Shown here one piece after another: positions 1 through 8,828 of a stretch of DNA of 64,000 bases; positions within the stretch are counted from its first letter, which is position 1, and every line of letters begins with the position of its first letter. The DNA comes from an uncultured Chloroflexia bacterium. Lineage in GTDB: Bacteria > Chloroflexota > Limnocylindria > Limnocylindrales > CSP1-4. Position numbers and translations under genes: made by a program. Location of the stretch: positions 256,001-320,000 of the forward strand of contig CAVYIM010000005.1 in assembly GCA_963768655.1 (NCBI GenBank). Reading direction: 5' to 3'. The notes below the pieces were generated by a model. The model did no database searches. It was not told where the DNA came from and saw only the letters and a list, made by a program, of their open reading frames with translations.

Positions 1-588
1 GCCAGCATCTCGACGAGCACGCGGACGACGTGGCGGGGCGTGTAGAACTGGCCGCCCTTCTTGCCCTCCGCGCTGGCGAACTGGGCCAGGAAGTACTCAT
101 AGACGCGGCCGAGGATGTCGCGGGCGCGATCCGCCGGACTGCCGAGGCCGATGTCGGACACGAGGTTGATGAGCTGGGCTAGGCGCGCCTTGTCGAGGCC
201 GGGGCGGGCGAAGTCTTTGGGAAGGACGCCCTTGAGGGCCGGGTTCTCGCGCTCGATGGCGTCCATGGCGTCGTCGACCGTGCGCCCAATCGTCGGCTGG
301 GGCGCTTGGGCCTTGAGGTGGCTCCAGCGGGCCTCGCGCGGGACCCAGAAGATGCTTTGCGGCCTTGTACTCGTCGGGGTCCTCGGGGTCGGCGCCTTCG
401 GCTCGGGCGGCCGCGGCGGCCAGGTCTTCGTGCTTGGCCTCGAACGCGTCGCTGATGTACTTGAGGAAGATGAGCCCGAGAACGATGTGCTTGTACTCGG
501 CGGCGTCCATGTTGTTGCGCAGGGCGTCGGCCGCCTGCCAGAGCTTGGCTTCGAGGCCGGCCGTGGCGGAGGCGTCGGCGTCCGTCAC
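1..588 (-). CDS. hsdM: Type I restriction-modification methyltransferase (M subunit), N-terminal part; runs off the left edge; apparent frameshift near 355
   Basis: [36 protein letters not shown], then in another frame [13 protein letters not shown]...[31 protein letters not shown], the classic HsdM N-domain and GQFYTP motif. Confidence 0.92.
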
Positions 589-811
589 AGTGGGCCGCCC
601 GCCAGAGGCGCGGCCAGTTCGGGCTCCGCGAGGACTCACTGTTCACCCACTTCGGACGCTGACGGTGCGCCGATCCCCACATCCGCCGCCACGGCGGCGC
701 GGTACAACCGGACTTGTCCAGCCTACTCCGCGCGGCGCCTCCGGTGGTTGCGAATTTGTGGTCAACGCCCGGGTAAGTGCGAGGTAAGCGCTGCTCGCTA
801 CCGTCCGCGGC

Positions 812-1095
812 GTGGTTCGATACCAATGGGACAGGAAGAAGGAGCGCGTCAACCTTGCGAAGCACGGCGTTAGCTTCCAGGAGGCGCAGGCCGCCCTTGA
901 GGACCCAGGCCGTATCACGCGCCTCGGTATTGACCATGCGGACATCGAGGAGCGCTTTCTTACCGTTGGCGTTGGCTTTCGTGCGCGGCTCATTGCGGTG
1001 GTGACCGCAGAGCCGCCCAGGGTAGTATCCGCATCATCTCCGCACGGCGCGCCACGAAGCGCGAACGGCATGCGTACGAAACCGGCTCGTTCTGA
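812..1095 (+). CDS. BrnT-family toxin (frameshift near 1010-1022)
   Basis: YQWDRKKERVNLAKHGVSFQEA...EERFLTVG; the shifted frame gives IRIISARRATKRERHAYETGSF* (TGA 1093-1095), the canonical BrnT C-terminus. Confidence 0.85.
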
Positions 1096-1531
1096 GGTAG
1101 AGCGCATTCGCGCCTTCCACCAGAAGCTCGACCAGCCATCAATCGTGGAGATAGACGACGCGACCGCCTACTGGCTGGAAGACGCAAATGGCCGACGGAT
1201 CGGCGAGCAGTCCCCCACCAGCGAGGTGCCTCTATTGGCCGCCCTGGCGGAAGTCCAGCGAGGTGTGGACCCCATTGAACTCAGTCTGGTCTGCGACGCT
1301 CCAGATGACGGCGCCCCTGACCAGGGCCGATACGTCATCAGCTCCGGCATTGGCCTCCTTTGGATGGCCGAGTCGGCTGCCGGGCTTCCGCCGCGGCCGC
1401 GTGGGCCTGCCGCCGGGGAACCATCGGGCCGCAGCGGCGACCGCTCGCTCGCGCGCCCCGTCGCGAGGAAGGCGGCCTCGGCGCCAATGGCGTCGCCGGG
1501 CTCAGCTTCGAGGCGTCGCCGGGATCGGTGA
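1070..1531 (+). CDS. Hypothetical protein in the antitoxin position after brnT
   Basis: ATG at 1070 overlaps the brnT end; MRTKPARSEVERIRAFHQKLDQPSIVEIDD...; no recognisable BrnA motif. Confidence 0.5.
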   Translation: MRTKPARSEVERIRAFHQKLDQPSIVEIDDATAYWLEDANGRRIGEQSPTSEVPLLAALAEVQRGVDPIELSLVCDAPDDGAPDQGRYVISSGIGLLWMAESAAGLPPRPRGPAAGEPSGRSGDRSLARPVARKAASAPMASPGSASRRRRDR

Positions 1532-1793
1532 AGCTGGCCCGGGTCGCAGAGCTGCCGTTCCCTGTGGTCCCGGCGCTTCGAATCCGTGCGTCCCCCGGAG
1601 GCTGCGGCTGGCGCGCAGGTGGGCCGTCCATCGGCGGTCTGCCGTCCTCTCGTCCGAAGGTGAGGTCGTTCGCCCGGCCCAGTCGGACTCCGGCAGTCGG
1701 CGATCTCGCGAATGAGAGGGGAAGCTTGGTGTCGACGAAAGATCCAATCGTTCGCAGCCGGGAGCAACCCATTGCTCGCCCAAGAGGGCGCCG

Positions 1794-2906
1794 TCAATTG
1801 CCATCGCTGCGGCCCCACTCCAGGCCCAGTGATTCGATCCGGCTGATCAGTCTGGCTACGTCAGTCGCGCCCGCTGCTGGCAGGGCGTCCCGCAGGATCG
1901 TCGTCGCCTGCTCGACCGACACCCGGCCAGAGGGATCGCCGACATGCAGAACCAGCCCATCCAGGCCGGCCATTTCGGCCGCCAGGAGCTGGAGCAGCGT
2001 CATCATCACGCGGTTGCCGCCGAAGGCGCCGCAGCCCCAGAAGCCGGAGTGGACGATCACGCGGGCAGTGGCGCCGGCGACGCGGCGCGACTCCAGGACC
2101 GCGGCGCGGAAGCCGGAATAGGCCGTGGAGAGGGCGAGCACGATCTCTTCCCTCCGATACCGGCCGTAGCCGCCGATGGGGGCGGCGATCGCGATGATGT
2201 TCGAGATCGTCGGTGGATCGATGGGGACGGTCGCCTGCCGGACGACTTCGGGAGCGGCCACCGCGAAGGCGAGGCCGTAGAGCCAGCTCGGGCCGCCGCG
2301 TTCGGCGCGACGGTCGGTCTGGATGCGGACCCGGCGTTCGGCGCCCATCACCAGCGCGGGCGTGGGGCGGCCCCGTTCGACGGTGCGCGCGGAGCTGCCC
2401 GCGGCGACGAGCGCCTCGCGCAGGCACGCGAGGACCGGATGCTCGGCGACCTGCATCTCGTCCTGGGCTAAGAGCGGGGAGCCGTAGGCCCAGAAGAGAT
2501 TGGGGTCGGCGAAGTTGAGGTGCCATTCGACTGCGGGTTGGGCTTCGACTGCGGGCGCGGGTTCGGCGCCGCCGGGCGCGGGCACGGGCGCGGGCGCGGC
2601 AGCGGCACCGGCCGGGCGCGGCACGGCCGGCGCGGGCGCGGCAGCGGCCGCCGGCTCGTAGTCGAAGAAGCCGTCACGAACCTGCAGCAGCCTCGCGGCG
2701 GCGCTGGGCTTGGCTGTGGCCGGCAGCGGCATCTCGGCCCAGCGGCTGTACGAGACGTGGCCGGCGACCGTGCCATCCGGGCAAGCGATCCGGTACACGA
2801 CCTGCTTGTTCTCGTTGCGCAGAACCGGCGGGTGCCGCCTCATCAGCATGAACGCGTCGTAATGTCGGCGCTCGAGCGGGACCGGGGACGGTTCCGGCGA
2901 CGTCAT
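1794..2906 (-). CDS. PARG-like (poly/mono-ADP-ribose glycohydrolase) macrodomain protein
   Basis: HLNFAD...GSPLLAQDEMQVAEHP resembles the PARG NFAN...GG-x-QEE catalytic loop; HSGFWGCGAFGGN matches the PARG TGNWGCGAFGG phosphate-binding loop. Confidence 0.75.
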   Translation of the reverse strand: MTSPEPSPVPLERRHYDAFMLMRRHPPVLRNENKQVVYRIACPDGTVAGHVSYSRWAEMPLPATAKPSAAARLLQVRDGFFDYEPAAAAAPAPAVPRPAGAAAAPAPVPAPGGAEPAPAVEAQPAVEWHLNFADPNLFWAYGSPLLAQDEMQVAEHPVLACLREALVAAGSSARTVERGRPTPALVMGAERRVRIQTDRRAERGGPSWLYGLAFAVAAPEVVRQATVPIDPPTISNIIAIAAPIGGYGRYRREEIVLALSTAYSGFRAAVLESRRVAGATARVIVHSGFWGCGAFGGNRVMMTLLQLLAAEMAGLDGLVLHVGDPSGRVSVEQATTILRDALPAAGATDVARLISRIESLGLEWGRSDGN

Positions 2907-3163
2907 TCGTTGCCCACCATCGTTTCGAAGTTCTTGGTGCGGTTGCAGTCGCCGCAGATGTCTCTGCCCGGGCCCTCTCCGTTGATCTCGTCCTCGAAAT
3001 CGAAGCCCAGCAGGGCGCCGCAGATGCAGCAGAAATGGAGCGCGTCCGCGTCGAGCCCGAGGTCGGCGTCGGGCGCGGCGTCGGGCAGGCCGCGTGCGGT
3101 CGATTGCGGCGCCGTCTGCGCCTTCGCCGTCTGACGTTTCCTACCCCAGCCCATGCCACCCAT
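2903..3163 (-). CDS. Small Zn-finger protein, translationally coupled to the PARG-like gene
   Basis: CCICG...ICGDCNR (two CxxC pairs); stop overlaps the downstream ATG (ATGA); start uncertain. Confidence 0.55.
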   Translation of the reverse strand: MGGMGWGRKRQTAKAQTAPQSTARGLPDAAPDADLGLDADALHFCCICGALLGFDFEDEINGEGPGRDICGDCNRTKNFETMVGNE

Positions 3164-3343
3164 GGTGGCAGACTGCGCCCGCCCCGTGTCAGCTTGCCTG
3201 TCACGTGTCAAGGTGGGCGGTGCGCGCCGGCGACGGGTTGTTCGGGATCGTCGGCCGCGGCATGCCCAGGTAATCGCCGACGAAGAGACGCCGGCCATCC
3301 TTCCTCAGTGCAACGACGCAGGTTGTTGCCCTTGGAGGAGCGG

Positions 3344-3604
3344 ATGCCGAAAGTCAGCGAGTTCTTCGGGATCACCATCTACATGTTCTACGACGATCAT
3401 CCGGGGCCACATTTCCATGCCACCTACAACGGCCGTGAAGTCAAGGTCCGGATCGCCGACCTGTCGGTGATGGCGGGCGGGCTGAGCGCAAGGGCGATGG
3501 GCCTTGTGATCGAATGGGCCGCCCAGCAGCGAGCCGCGCTCGGTGAGAACTGGACCCGCGCCAGCCAGCGGCTGCCTCTGGAGAAGATCCCCGGCCTGAA
3601 GTAG
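3344..3604 (+). CDS. DUF4160-family protein (HicA-like TA component)
   Basis: MPKVSEFFGITIYMFYDDHPGPHFHATY...LVIEWAAQQRAALGENW...LEKIPGLK; GGAGG RBS. Confidence 0.85.
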   Translation: MPKVSEFFGITIYMFYDDHPGPHFHATYNGREVKVRIADLSVMAGGLSARAMGLVIEWAAQQRAALGENWTRASQRLPLEKIPGLK

Positions 3605-3617
3605 GATCGGCTGCACG

Positions 3618-3920
3618 ATGTTGCGAATACGCTCAGTGCGGGCGCTCGATGATTACCGGGTTCGGCTGACCCTGACCAACGGCGACAGTGTCGAGCGCGA
3701 TCTCACCGACATGATCTGGGGTCCCGTCTTCGAGCCCTTGCGGGCCGAATACGCGCGTTTCCGACAGGTCCGCGTAGAAGCCGGGACGCTCACCTGGCCG
3801 GGAGATCTCGATTTCGACCCCGACACGTTGATCTGGGGCGGTGCGCCGCCGTCCGAACCGGGCTCTCGCCCGCCTCGCTTCCTCAAGATCGCGCGTAGCT
3901 CGCCGGCGAAAGCCGGGTAG
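3618..3920 (+). CDS. DUF2442-family protein (partner of DUF4160)
   Basis: IRSVRALDDYRVRLTLTNG...GPVFEPL...FRQVRVEAGTLTWPGDLDFDPDTL. Confidence 0.85.
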   Translation: MLRIRSVRALDDYRVRLTLTNGDSVERDLTDMIWGPVFEPLRAEYARFRQVRVEAGTLTWPGDLDFDPDTLIWGGAPPSEPGSRPPRFLKIARSSPAKAG

Positions 3921-4020
3921 GCCCGGTAGGCCGCCACGAGGCTGCGGTCCGCGAGCATCCGCATGCCGTACGGCCATGGCTGCGGGGGGAGCGGGTCGCC
4001 GTGCTCGTCCACTCCGTTGC

Positions 4021-4563
4021 TCACTGCGTCTCACTTGTGGGCGACCGTAGCCCAGGGCGCTCGAAGATAGCCTGCCACTGTGGCGTGGCATCGAGGAGCG
4101 CCGCGGCGCGCTGGTGCACAGCCGGCGCTCGGCCGGGGGCGGTGGACATCGCCCCGGGATCGATCGCTCGCCCGAGCCGACAGAGGTCGAGCCGGTCGGC
4201 GTCCCAGCACGCGCCGATCGTCGGATCATCGCTGGTCGTTCCGTCGGCGTGGCCTTGGCAGGCCAGGTCCAGGAGATCGAGCCGATCGTCCGCGAGGCCG
4301 ATCAGCTCGTTGTTCAGGCAGCACGCCAGGAAGCCGCCGCGCCTGCCGTGGCCATCGTCGCTCTGTTCGGTGAAGCGCATGGAGTCGTGGAAGATCGCGA
4401 ACAGGACGACCAGCAACGGGTCGGCGCCCACCTCGGCGGCCAGGTCCAGTCCGTTCGTCGCCACGCGCCGCCAGTGATCCTCGCCATGGAATGGCAAGCG
4501 GCGCGAGGGCGAGAGAATACGGACGGCATCGAGGACGGCCTGGAGATCCGGCTGGACGCTCAT
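4021..4563 (-). CDS. HD-domain phosphohydrolase
   Basis: HGEDHWRRV...FAIFHDSMR...DGHGRRG...CWDADRLDL. Confidence 0.85.
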   Translation of the reverse strand: MSVQPDLQAVLDAVRILSPSRRLPFHGEDHWRRVATNGLDLAAEVGADPLLVVLFAIFHDSMRFTEQSDDGHGRRGGFLACCLNNELIGLADDRLDLLDLACQGHADGTTSDDPTIGACWDADRLDLCRLGRAIDPGAMSTAPGRAPAVHQRAAALLDATPQWQAIFERPGLRSPTSETQ

Positions 4564-4672
4564 CGGGTCACCCGTGCGCAGCCGAGCGTGGCGAGGGCGT
4601 CGGCGAGGCGCCCCTGGACGTGGTTACCCTGATCTTCCACCGTGGGCATGCCTGACTCTCCCAATTGTTTCG

Positions 4673-5059
4673 CTACGTCGCCCCATCGATAGCCGGCGGA
4701 AGGTCGAGCCCGAGCTGGTGCAGCAGTGCGGCGCGAACCCCGCGGCGGATGTCCGGGCTGGAGACGTACTGGACCTGGCCGCCGATCTCATAGGCGGTCA
4801 CCCGGGACAGGTCGATGGTCCGAACCTGGTGGCAGAGGATGACTCCATCCCTGGTCTGGCCGGCTTGCCCGGCCGGGATCGCGACCTCCCCCGGATACCT
4901 CGCCTCACGCGCCGAGACGGGGCACACCTGGGCCATTCCGCCCCTGTGGAAGGCCTCGTACGAGACGACGAGGGCTCGACGGGTTCCTGCCTGTTCGTGG
5001 CCCTGCGCCGGGTCGAAGTCGACGAGGACCATCGCCCACCGCAGTGCGCCGGCGGTCAT
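4673..5059 (-). CDS. PemK/MazF-family toxin
   Basis: VDFDPAQGHEQAGTRRALVVS...VCPVS...ILCHQVRTIDLSRV. Confidence 0.9.
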   Translation of the reverse strand: MTAGALRWAMVLVDFDPAQGHEQAGTRRALVVSYEAFHRGGMAQVCPVSAREARYPGEVAIPAGQAGQTRDGVILCHQVRTIDLSRVTAYEIGGQVQYVSSPDIRRGVRAALLHQLGLDLPPAIDGAT

Positions 5060-5325
5060 GCGGGCCAGCTCTCGCCATCGCCGTAGTCCTGGGCAATCGC
5101 CGTCATCTCGGCCTTGAACGCCGGATCGCCGGCTGCCGCCTCCCAAATCGCCGCCTCTTGTCGCGCCTGTATCTCGAGGTAGAAGCGTTCCACCGCCAGC
5201 TCCACGACCTCGTCCTGGCTCCGCGCGACCCCCGGCAGGTCGGCGAGCTCCCGCACGCGGTGGAGCGTGGTGGGGCTGAGGTTGTAGGTTCGCTTCGTCT
5301 TCGCCGGCACGGCCGCAGTATCCAC
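5056..5325 (-). CDS. Putative antitoxin (RHH-like) of the MazF-like toxin
   Basis: KTKRTYNLSPTTLHRVRELA...SQDEVVELAVERF, acidic C-terminus; stop overlaps the toxin ATG; start uncertain. Confidence 0.7.
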   Translation of the reverse strand: MDTAAVPAKTKRTYNLSPTTLHRVRELADLPGVARSQDEVVELAVERFYLEIQARQEAAIWEAAAGDPAFKAEMTAIAQDYGDGESWPA

Positions 5326-5402
5326 GTCCGGATATGACGTGTCAACATGACGTCCGCGCCGCTGTTCGTCCCGCCCGCCGCCGGCCTGTCGAGGGCCTAC
5401 CG

Positions 5403-5480
5403 CTGGCCGCCCGCCGCCGGCTGGCCCGCCGCGCCCTGGCCCGCCGCGCCCTGGCCCGCCGCCCGCTGGCCCGCCGCCCG
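5403..5480. repeat. About 5 copies of an imperfect 15-bp tandem repeat (CTGGCCCGCCGCGCC)
   Basis: Read directly from the sequence. Confidence 0.75.
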
Positions 5481-5522
5481 GCCGCCCCTGAACGACTCCC
5501 ATCTAGTCAGACTCCACTGGGG

Positions 5523-5663
5523 TGAGAGTTGCGCAACCTGGCGTGCCGCCGGGCACCGCAGGGCGGGCAATGCCGCCCGAGATCCACGCTGCCGTCGCGC
5601 ACCCGGGGAGCGCCGACCAGCGTTTCGGACACGCCCGAGGAGCCCGACCTCGCACAATTCTCA
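5523..5663. repeat. Imperfect inverted-repeat-bounded element (REP/MITE-like)
   Basis: TGAGAGTTGCGCAA at about 5523 versus the reverse complement of TCGCACAATTCTCA at about 5650-5663 (11/14 match). Confidence 0.4.
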
Positions 5664-5931
5664 TGGGGCGCAAGTTGGACCAGATCCTGCCGGGGTCGGA
5701 GGCGAGCGTCGCGGGCCGGAGGCGAGCGTCGCGGGGCTGGCGCCGGGGAGCGCCGCGGGCGGGCGGCGGCCCATCGATCTCAGGGCTTCGGATCATGTGG
5801 TGCTACGTCGCCCCGTCGAGAGCCGGAAATCCCTGCGGTCCCGGCACATCCATTGCTTCCGTCCCGCGTCCGTGGGGGTGGGTGCGCAGGAGGGCCTTCC
5901 ACCGGCAGCAAGCCGGCCCTTTCATCCGAGG

Positions 5932-6273
5932 TCAGTCGGCCCCCAGTAGCGCATCGATCTCATGGATGAGGACCGGGAGCTTGGTCTCGACAACGTCCCA
6001 GACCAGCCGGTCGTCCACCTCGGCGTAGCCGTGGATCAAGATGTTGCGGAAGGCGACGATGGCCCGGTGCTCGCTGATCCCGGCGGCAAGCTCCGCGTCG
6101 AGCCTGGCGAGCTGGCCCAAAGCTTCACCGATGATCTCGAATTCGCGCTCCACGGCGGCGCTCAGCATGGCATCGGCGGCATAGTCGGCGAAATGCTTGC
6201 CGGCCGCGAATTGCGCCAGCAAGGCAGCAGCCTGCCTCATGTCGTACAGGTACTTCTTGGCTTCAAGCCGCAT
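5932..6273 (-). CDS. HEPN (DUF86/HepT) toxin
   Basis: AVEREFEIIGEA...FRNILIHGYAEVDDRLVWDVV (RxxxxH HEPN motif). Confidence 0.92.
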   Translation of the reverse strand: MRLEAKKYLYDMRQAAALLAQFAAGKHFADYAADAMLSAAVEREFEIIGEALGQLARLDAELAAGISEHRAIVAFRNILIHGYAEVDDRLVWDVVETKLPVLIHEIDALLGAD

Positions 6274-6571
6274 AGAGCAACGCCCTCGTCTGCTCGACCG
6301 ACTGCCGGAAATAGGGATTCTTGATCGCGGAGGCGACCACAAGATCGACGGGCCTCCCCATCAAGCGCACCAGAGACTCGAGCAGGCCGAAGTAGGCATC
6401 GGCGTACTGGCCAGGCGGCAGGGCCTCGAATTCGACGAGGAAGTCGTAGTCGCTGCGCTCGGGGTCGAAGTCGTCTCGTGTGGCCGAGCCGAACAAGGAC
6501 AGGCTCGAGACGCGGTATCGGCGACAAAGGTCCGACAATTCCGCTCGGTGCTGATCGATCGCTGGGCTCAC
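6263..6571 (-). CDS. Minimal nucleotidyltransferase (MNT/MntA) antitoxin
   Basis: LSLFGSATRDDFDPERSDYDFLVEF...GRPVDLV...KNPYF. Confidence 0.92.
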   Translation of the reverse strand: MSPAIDQHRAELSDLCRRYRVSSLSLFGSATRDDFDPERSDYDFLVEFEALPPGQYADAYFGLLESLVRLMGRPVDLVVASAIKNPYFRQSVEQTRALLYAA

Positions 6572-6616
6572 GGCACTCTCTCCTCCGGTAGAGAGTAGCC
6601 GAGACTGGCTAGATTC

Positions 6617-6829
6617 TCACGCTAGGCGATGACCGGCCCTGCGGATGCAGTCTCCCGCCGTTCTCACCACATCGCCAGGGTAATGCTGGAGCACCCGCTC
6701 AAGATCCCCCGCCATCAGCCCGCGTCCCACCCGTCGGCGTGAATCCTCCTCGGCTCCCTCGATATACATTCTGCGGAGCCGCTGGTTGAGACGCGCACGG
6801 CGGTCATCTGGAAGCAGCGGCTTACCCAT
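6617..6829 (-). CDS. Small hypothetical protein
   Basis: MGKPLLPDDRRARLNQRLRRMYIEGAEEDSRRRVGRGL...; protein-like composition only. Confidence 0.35.
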   Translation of the reverse strand: MGKPLLPDDRRARLNQRLRRMYIEGAEEDSRRRVGRGLMAGDLERVLQHYPGDVVRTAGDCIRRAGHRLA

Positions 6830-6965
6830 TGAACCCGTGAAGCCGCGTGTGCGGCGCACGCGATACCGCAAACGTCTGATGTCCCGCAAGGTCTTCGAGC
6901 CTACCGTATGCGCGGTGGGATAGGGCAGACAGCCGAACTAGAGCCTTTGCGAGGGGCACCCGGCG

Positions 6966-7970
6966 ATGGAGACGCAGAACGAGGCACAGCCAACCGGGCC
7001 GGTCGCCGACGCCGACCCGAGAGAGCGCCGACTCATCGGCATGGTGATTGGGGGTGCCGGCTACAGACCAGCCCCGGACTGGGCGTGGCGGTATGCGATC
7101 CAGGACCGGACACCGCTAGATGAGCCGACCAGATCCCGTCTGAAGGCCCATCTCGACAGAGCGGTCGAACTCGCGGCGGGTCTCCCGTCGCCGCGCTATC
7201 TCCGGCGCGAGCCACTTGATCTCGATCATCTCGACGCGGTGCTCGACACCAAGATTGGACACGGCCTGCCACCGAGTGATAGCGATGCGATTACCGCCTG
7301 GTGTCTCGACATCGCCGTCCGCGAGATGGGCGGATGGTGGGCTCCCGGTCCGCCTGAACCGTTGGCAGAGCCCCACTGGGTCCAGATCCCCGATCTGGGA
7401 GCGGTCGCGGTGACAGCGGCCTCCAATAGTCCCTTCTCCGGCCTGATCTCCATGCCTCCGCTGCCGCGCCTCTGTGCCGTCGGCGCGGATCGCCCCCGCT
7501 TGCTTGATTGGCTCTTCACCAAGATCGATGAAGCCTTCACTTGGCCGATGCGCCTTGCATGGCTGGCGCGGCGGAGTCAGGCGCCCAAGGCCGTTTTGCC
7601 GGAGGGGCTGCGCCTGGGCTGGATCTGCGCCGGCGACAGCATCGGAACCGAGGCACACCCTCACACCGGACTCATCGTCGGACCGGACGGAAGCGAGATG
7701 GTGGCTCCCGGCGCACCGACGGACGATCCGCGCAAGATACGAGAAGAGATCAACAGCGCAGAGGGTGGCCGGGCGAAATGGGGCATCTGGGGCCATGACG
7801 GTTCCTTCGAAGCGTTGGCATCGCTACGTGATCGACTCGCCGACATCTACGCCGGCCCGCCCGTGGAACACCATCCGGCGGTAGCGCGGTTTGAGGAGGC
7901 TCGCCGGGATGCCTGGAGAGGTGAGGATCGTTCTGGCTGGAGGCAACAGCAGGGGCGCTGGTGCTCCTGA
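6966..7970 (+). CDS. Hypothetical protein (334 aa, Trp/Pro-rich)
   Basis: Long uninterrupted ORF with protein-like composition; no family recognised. Confidence 0.6.
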   Translation: METQNEAQPTGPVADADPRERRLIGMVIGGAGYRPAPDWAWRYAIQDRTPLDEPTRSRLKAHLDRAVELAAGLPSPRYLRREPLDLDHLDAVLDTKIGHGLPPSDSDAITAWCLDIAVREMGGWWAPGPPEPLAEPHWVQIPDLGAVAVTAASNSPFSGLISMPPLPRLCAVGADRPRLLDWLFTKIDEAFTWPMRLAWLARRSQAPKAVLPEGLRLGWICAGDSIGTEAHPHTGLIVGPDGSEMVAPGAPTDDPRKIREEINSAEGGRAKWGIWGHDGSFEALASLRDRLADIYAGPPVEHHPAVARFEEARRDAWRGEDRSGWRQQQGRWCS

Positions 7971-8419
7971 CCGGTTGCCATAGGTACCTCGAGCCGCTCG
8001 CGATGCAACTTCCGCAACGGGGCATGGTCGTCGTGCGTGACGACGGAGTCGACACCGTCGTCGAGCGGCGATTGGCAACGCCCGCTCCGGCCGCCATCGT
8101 CATATGCCGATGCGCGGCATTGAGTGTGTGGCCCATTCGCCGAGCGGAGCTCGCCCATTCTCTTGGCAGAGTCCCTATCGTGGTGGTCGGCGGTCGCAAA
8201 CCCTGGACGATGCTGCCCGCTCTCGAACTCGGAGCCGATGCCGTCGTAGATGCCCAGGGTGGGTCAATCCTGGAGGTTCTTCTGCGCACCGGGTGGCCGG
8301 CGGCGTTTGCGGACGCGATGGCCCGCCTCGGCATTCCAGAGGCCGTCGACCGCTGGCCACCTTACACGGCGCGATACCCCCAGCATGAGCAGGCCCTGAG
8401 GTCATCGCCGAATTCTTGA
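7961..8419 (+). CDS. Hypothetical protein, degenerate receiver-domain-like
   Basis: RVPIVVVGG...ALELGADAVV resembles REC beta4-alpha4-beta5; overlaps the upstream stop. Confidence 0.45.
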   Translation: MLLTGCHRYLEPLAMQLPQRGMVVVRDDGVDTVVERRLATPAPAAIVICRCAALSVWPIRRAELAHSLGRVPIVVVGGRKPWTMLPALELGADAVVDAQGGSILEVLLRTGWPAAFADAMARLGIPEAVDRWPPYTARYPQHEQALRSSPNS

Positions 8420-8439
8420 GCCCCCTTGGGACTGACCTT

Positions 8440-8828
8440 GGTCCAGGGTCAGATCAGGAGGACTGGTCGTGGGCGGTCGCCACCCTGAGACGGACCCCTG
8501 TGCTGCCCTGGCCGCCTGGCGCGAGGCTTCCGGGATCGTCGAGGGCCCACTGTTCACGTCGATCCACGTCAGCGGCAAGCTCGGCGGGGGGCTCTGCCGG
8601 CATCGACGTGACCGCATCATCGTCGGGGCTGCGAAGGCCGCTGGCATCGACGCCACGGGCTACCCAGGGCGCTCGCTGAGGGCCGGACTCGCCACGAGCG
8701 CACTGCCAGAGGGGCGAGCGAGCGGAGCATTCAGGCCGTCACCGGCCGACATGAGCACCACAATGCTGCGCCGCTACATCCGGTCGGGCAGCCTGTTCGC
8801 CGAGACCGTCGCAACGCTGGATCTGTGA
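8440..8828 (+). pseudogene. C-terminal remnant of a Cre-like tyrosine recombinase
   Basis: DPCAALAAWREASGIVEGPLF...AGIDATGYPGRSLRAGLATSA...STTMLRRYIRSGSLF; His of HSLR replaced, N-terminus missing, frameshifted. Confidence 0.75.

Noticed and set aside
812-1531. Single 239-aa BrnT fusion protein as given in the ORF track
   Set aside because: The canonical BrnT C-terminus is in another frame with its own stop, so the fusion most likely results from one indel
1578-1586. TTCGAATCC as the distal att copy of the tRNA 3' end
   Set aside because: Only 9 nt, inverted relative to the tRNA, and the flanks do not match
812-6571. Integron cassette array explanation for the TA block
   Set aside because: Genes are in mixed orientations, no recurring attC-like repeat was seen, and the integrase lacks evident IntI features
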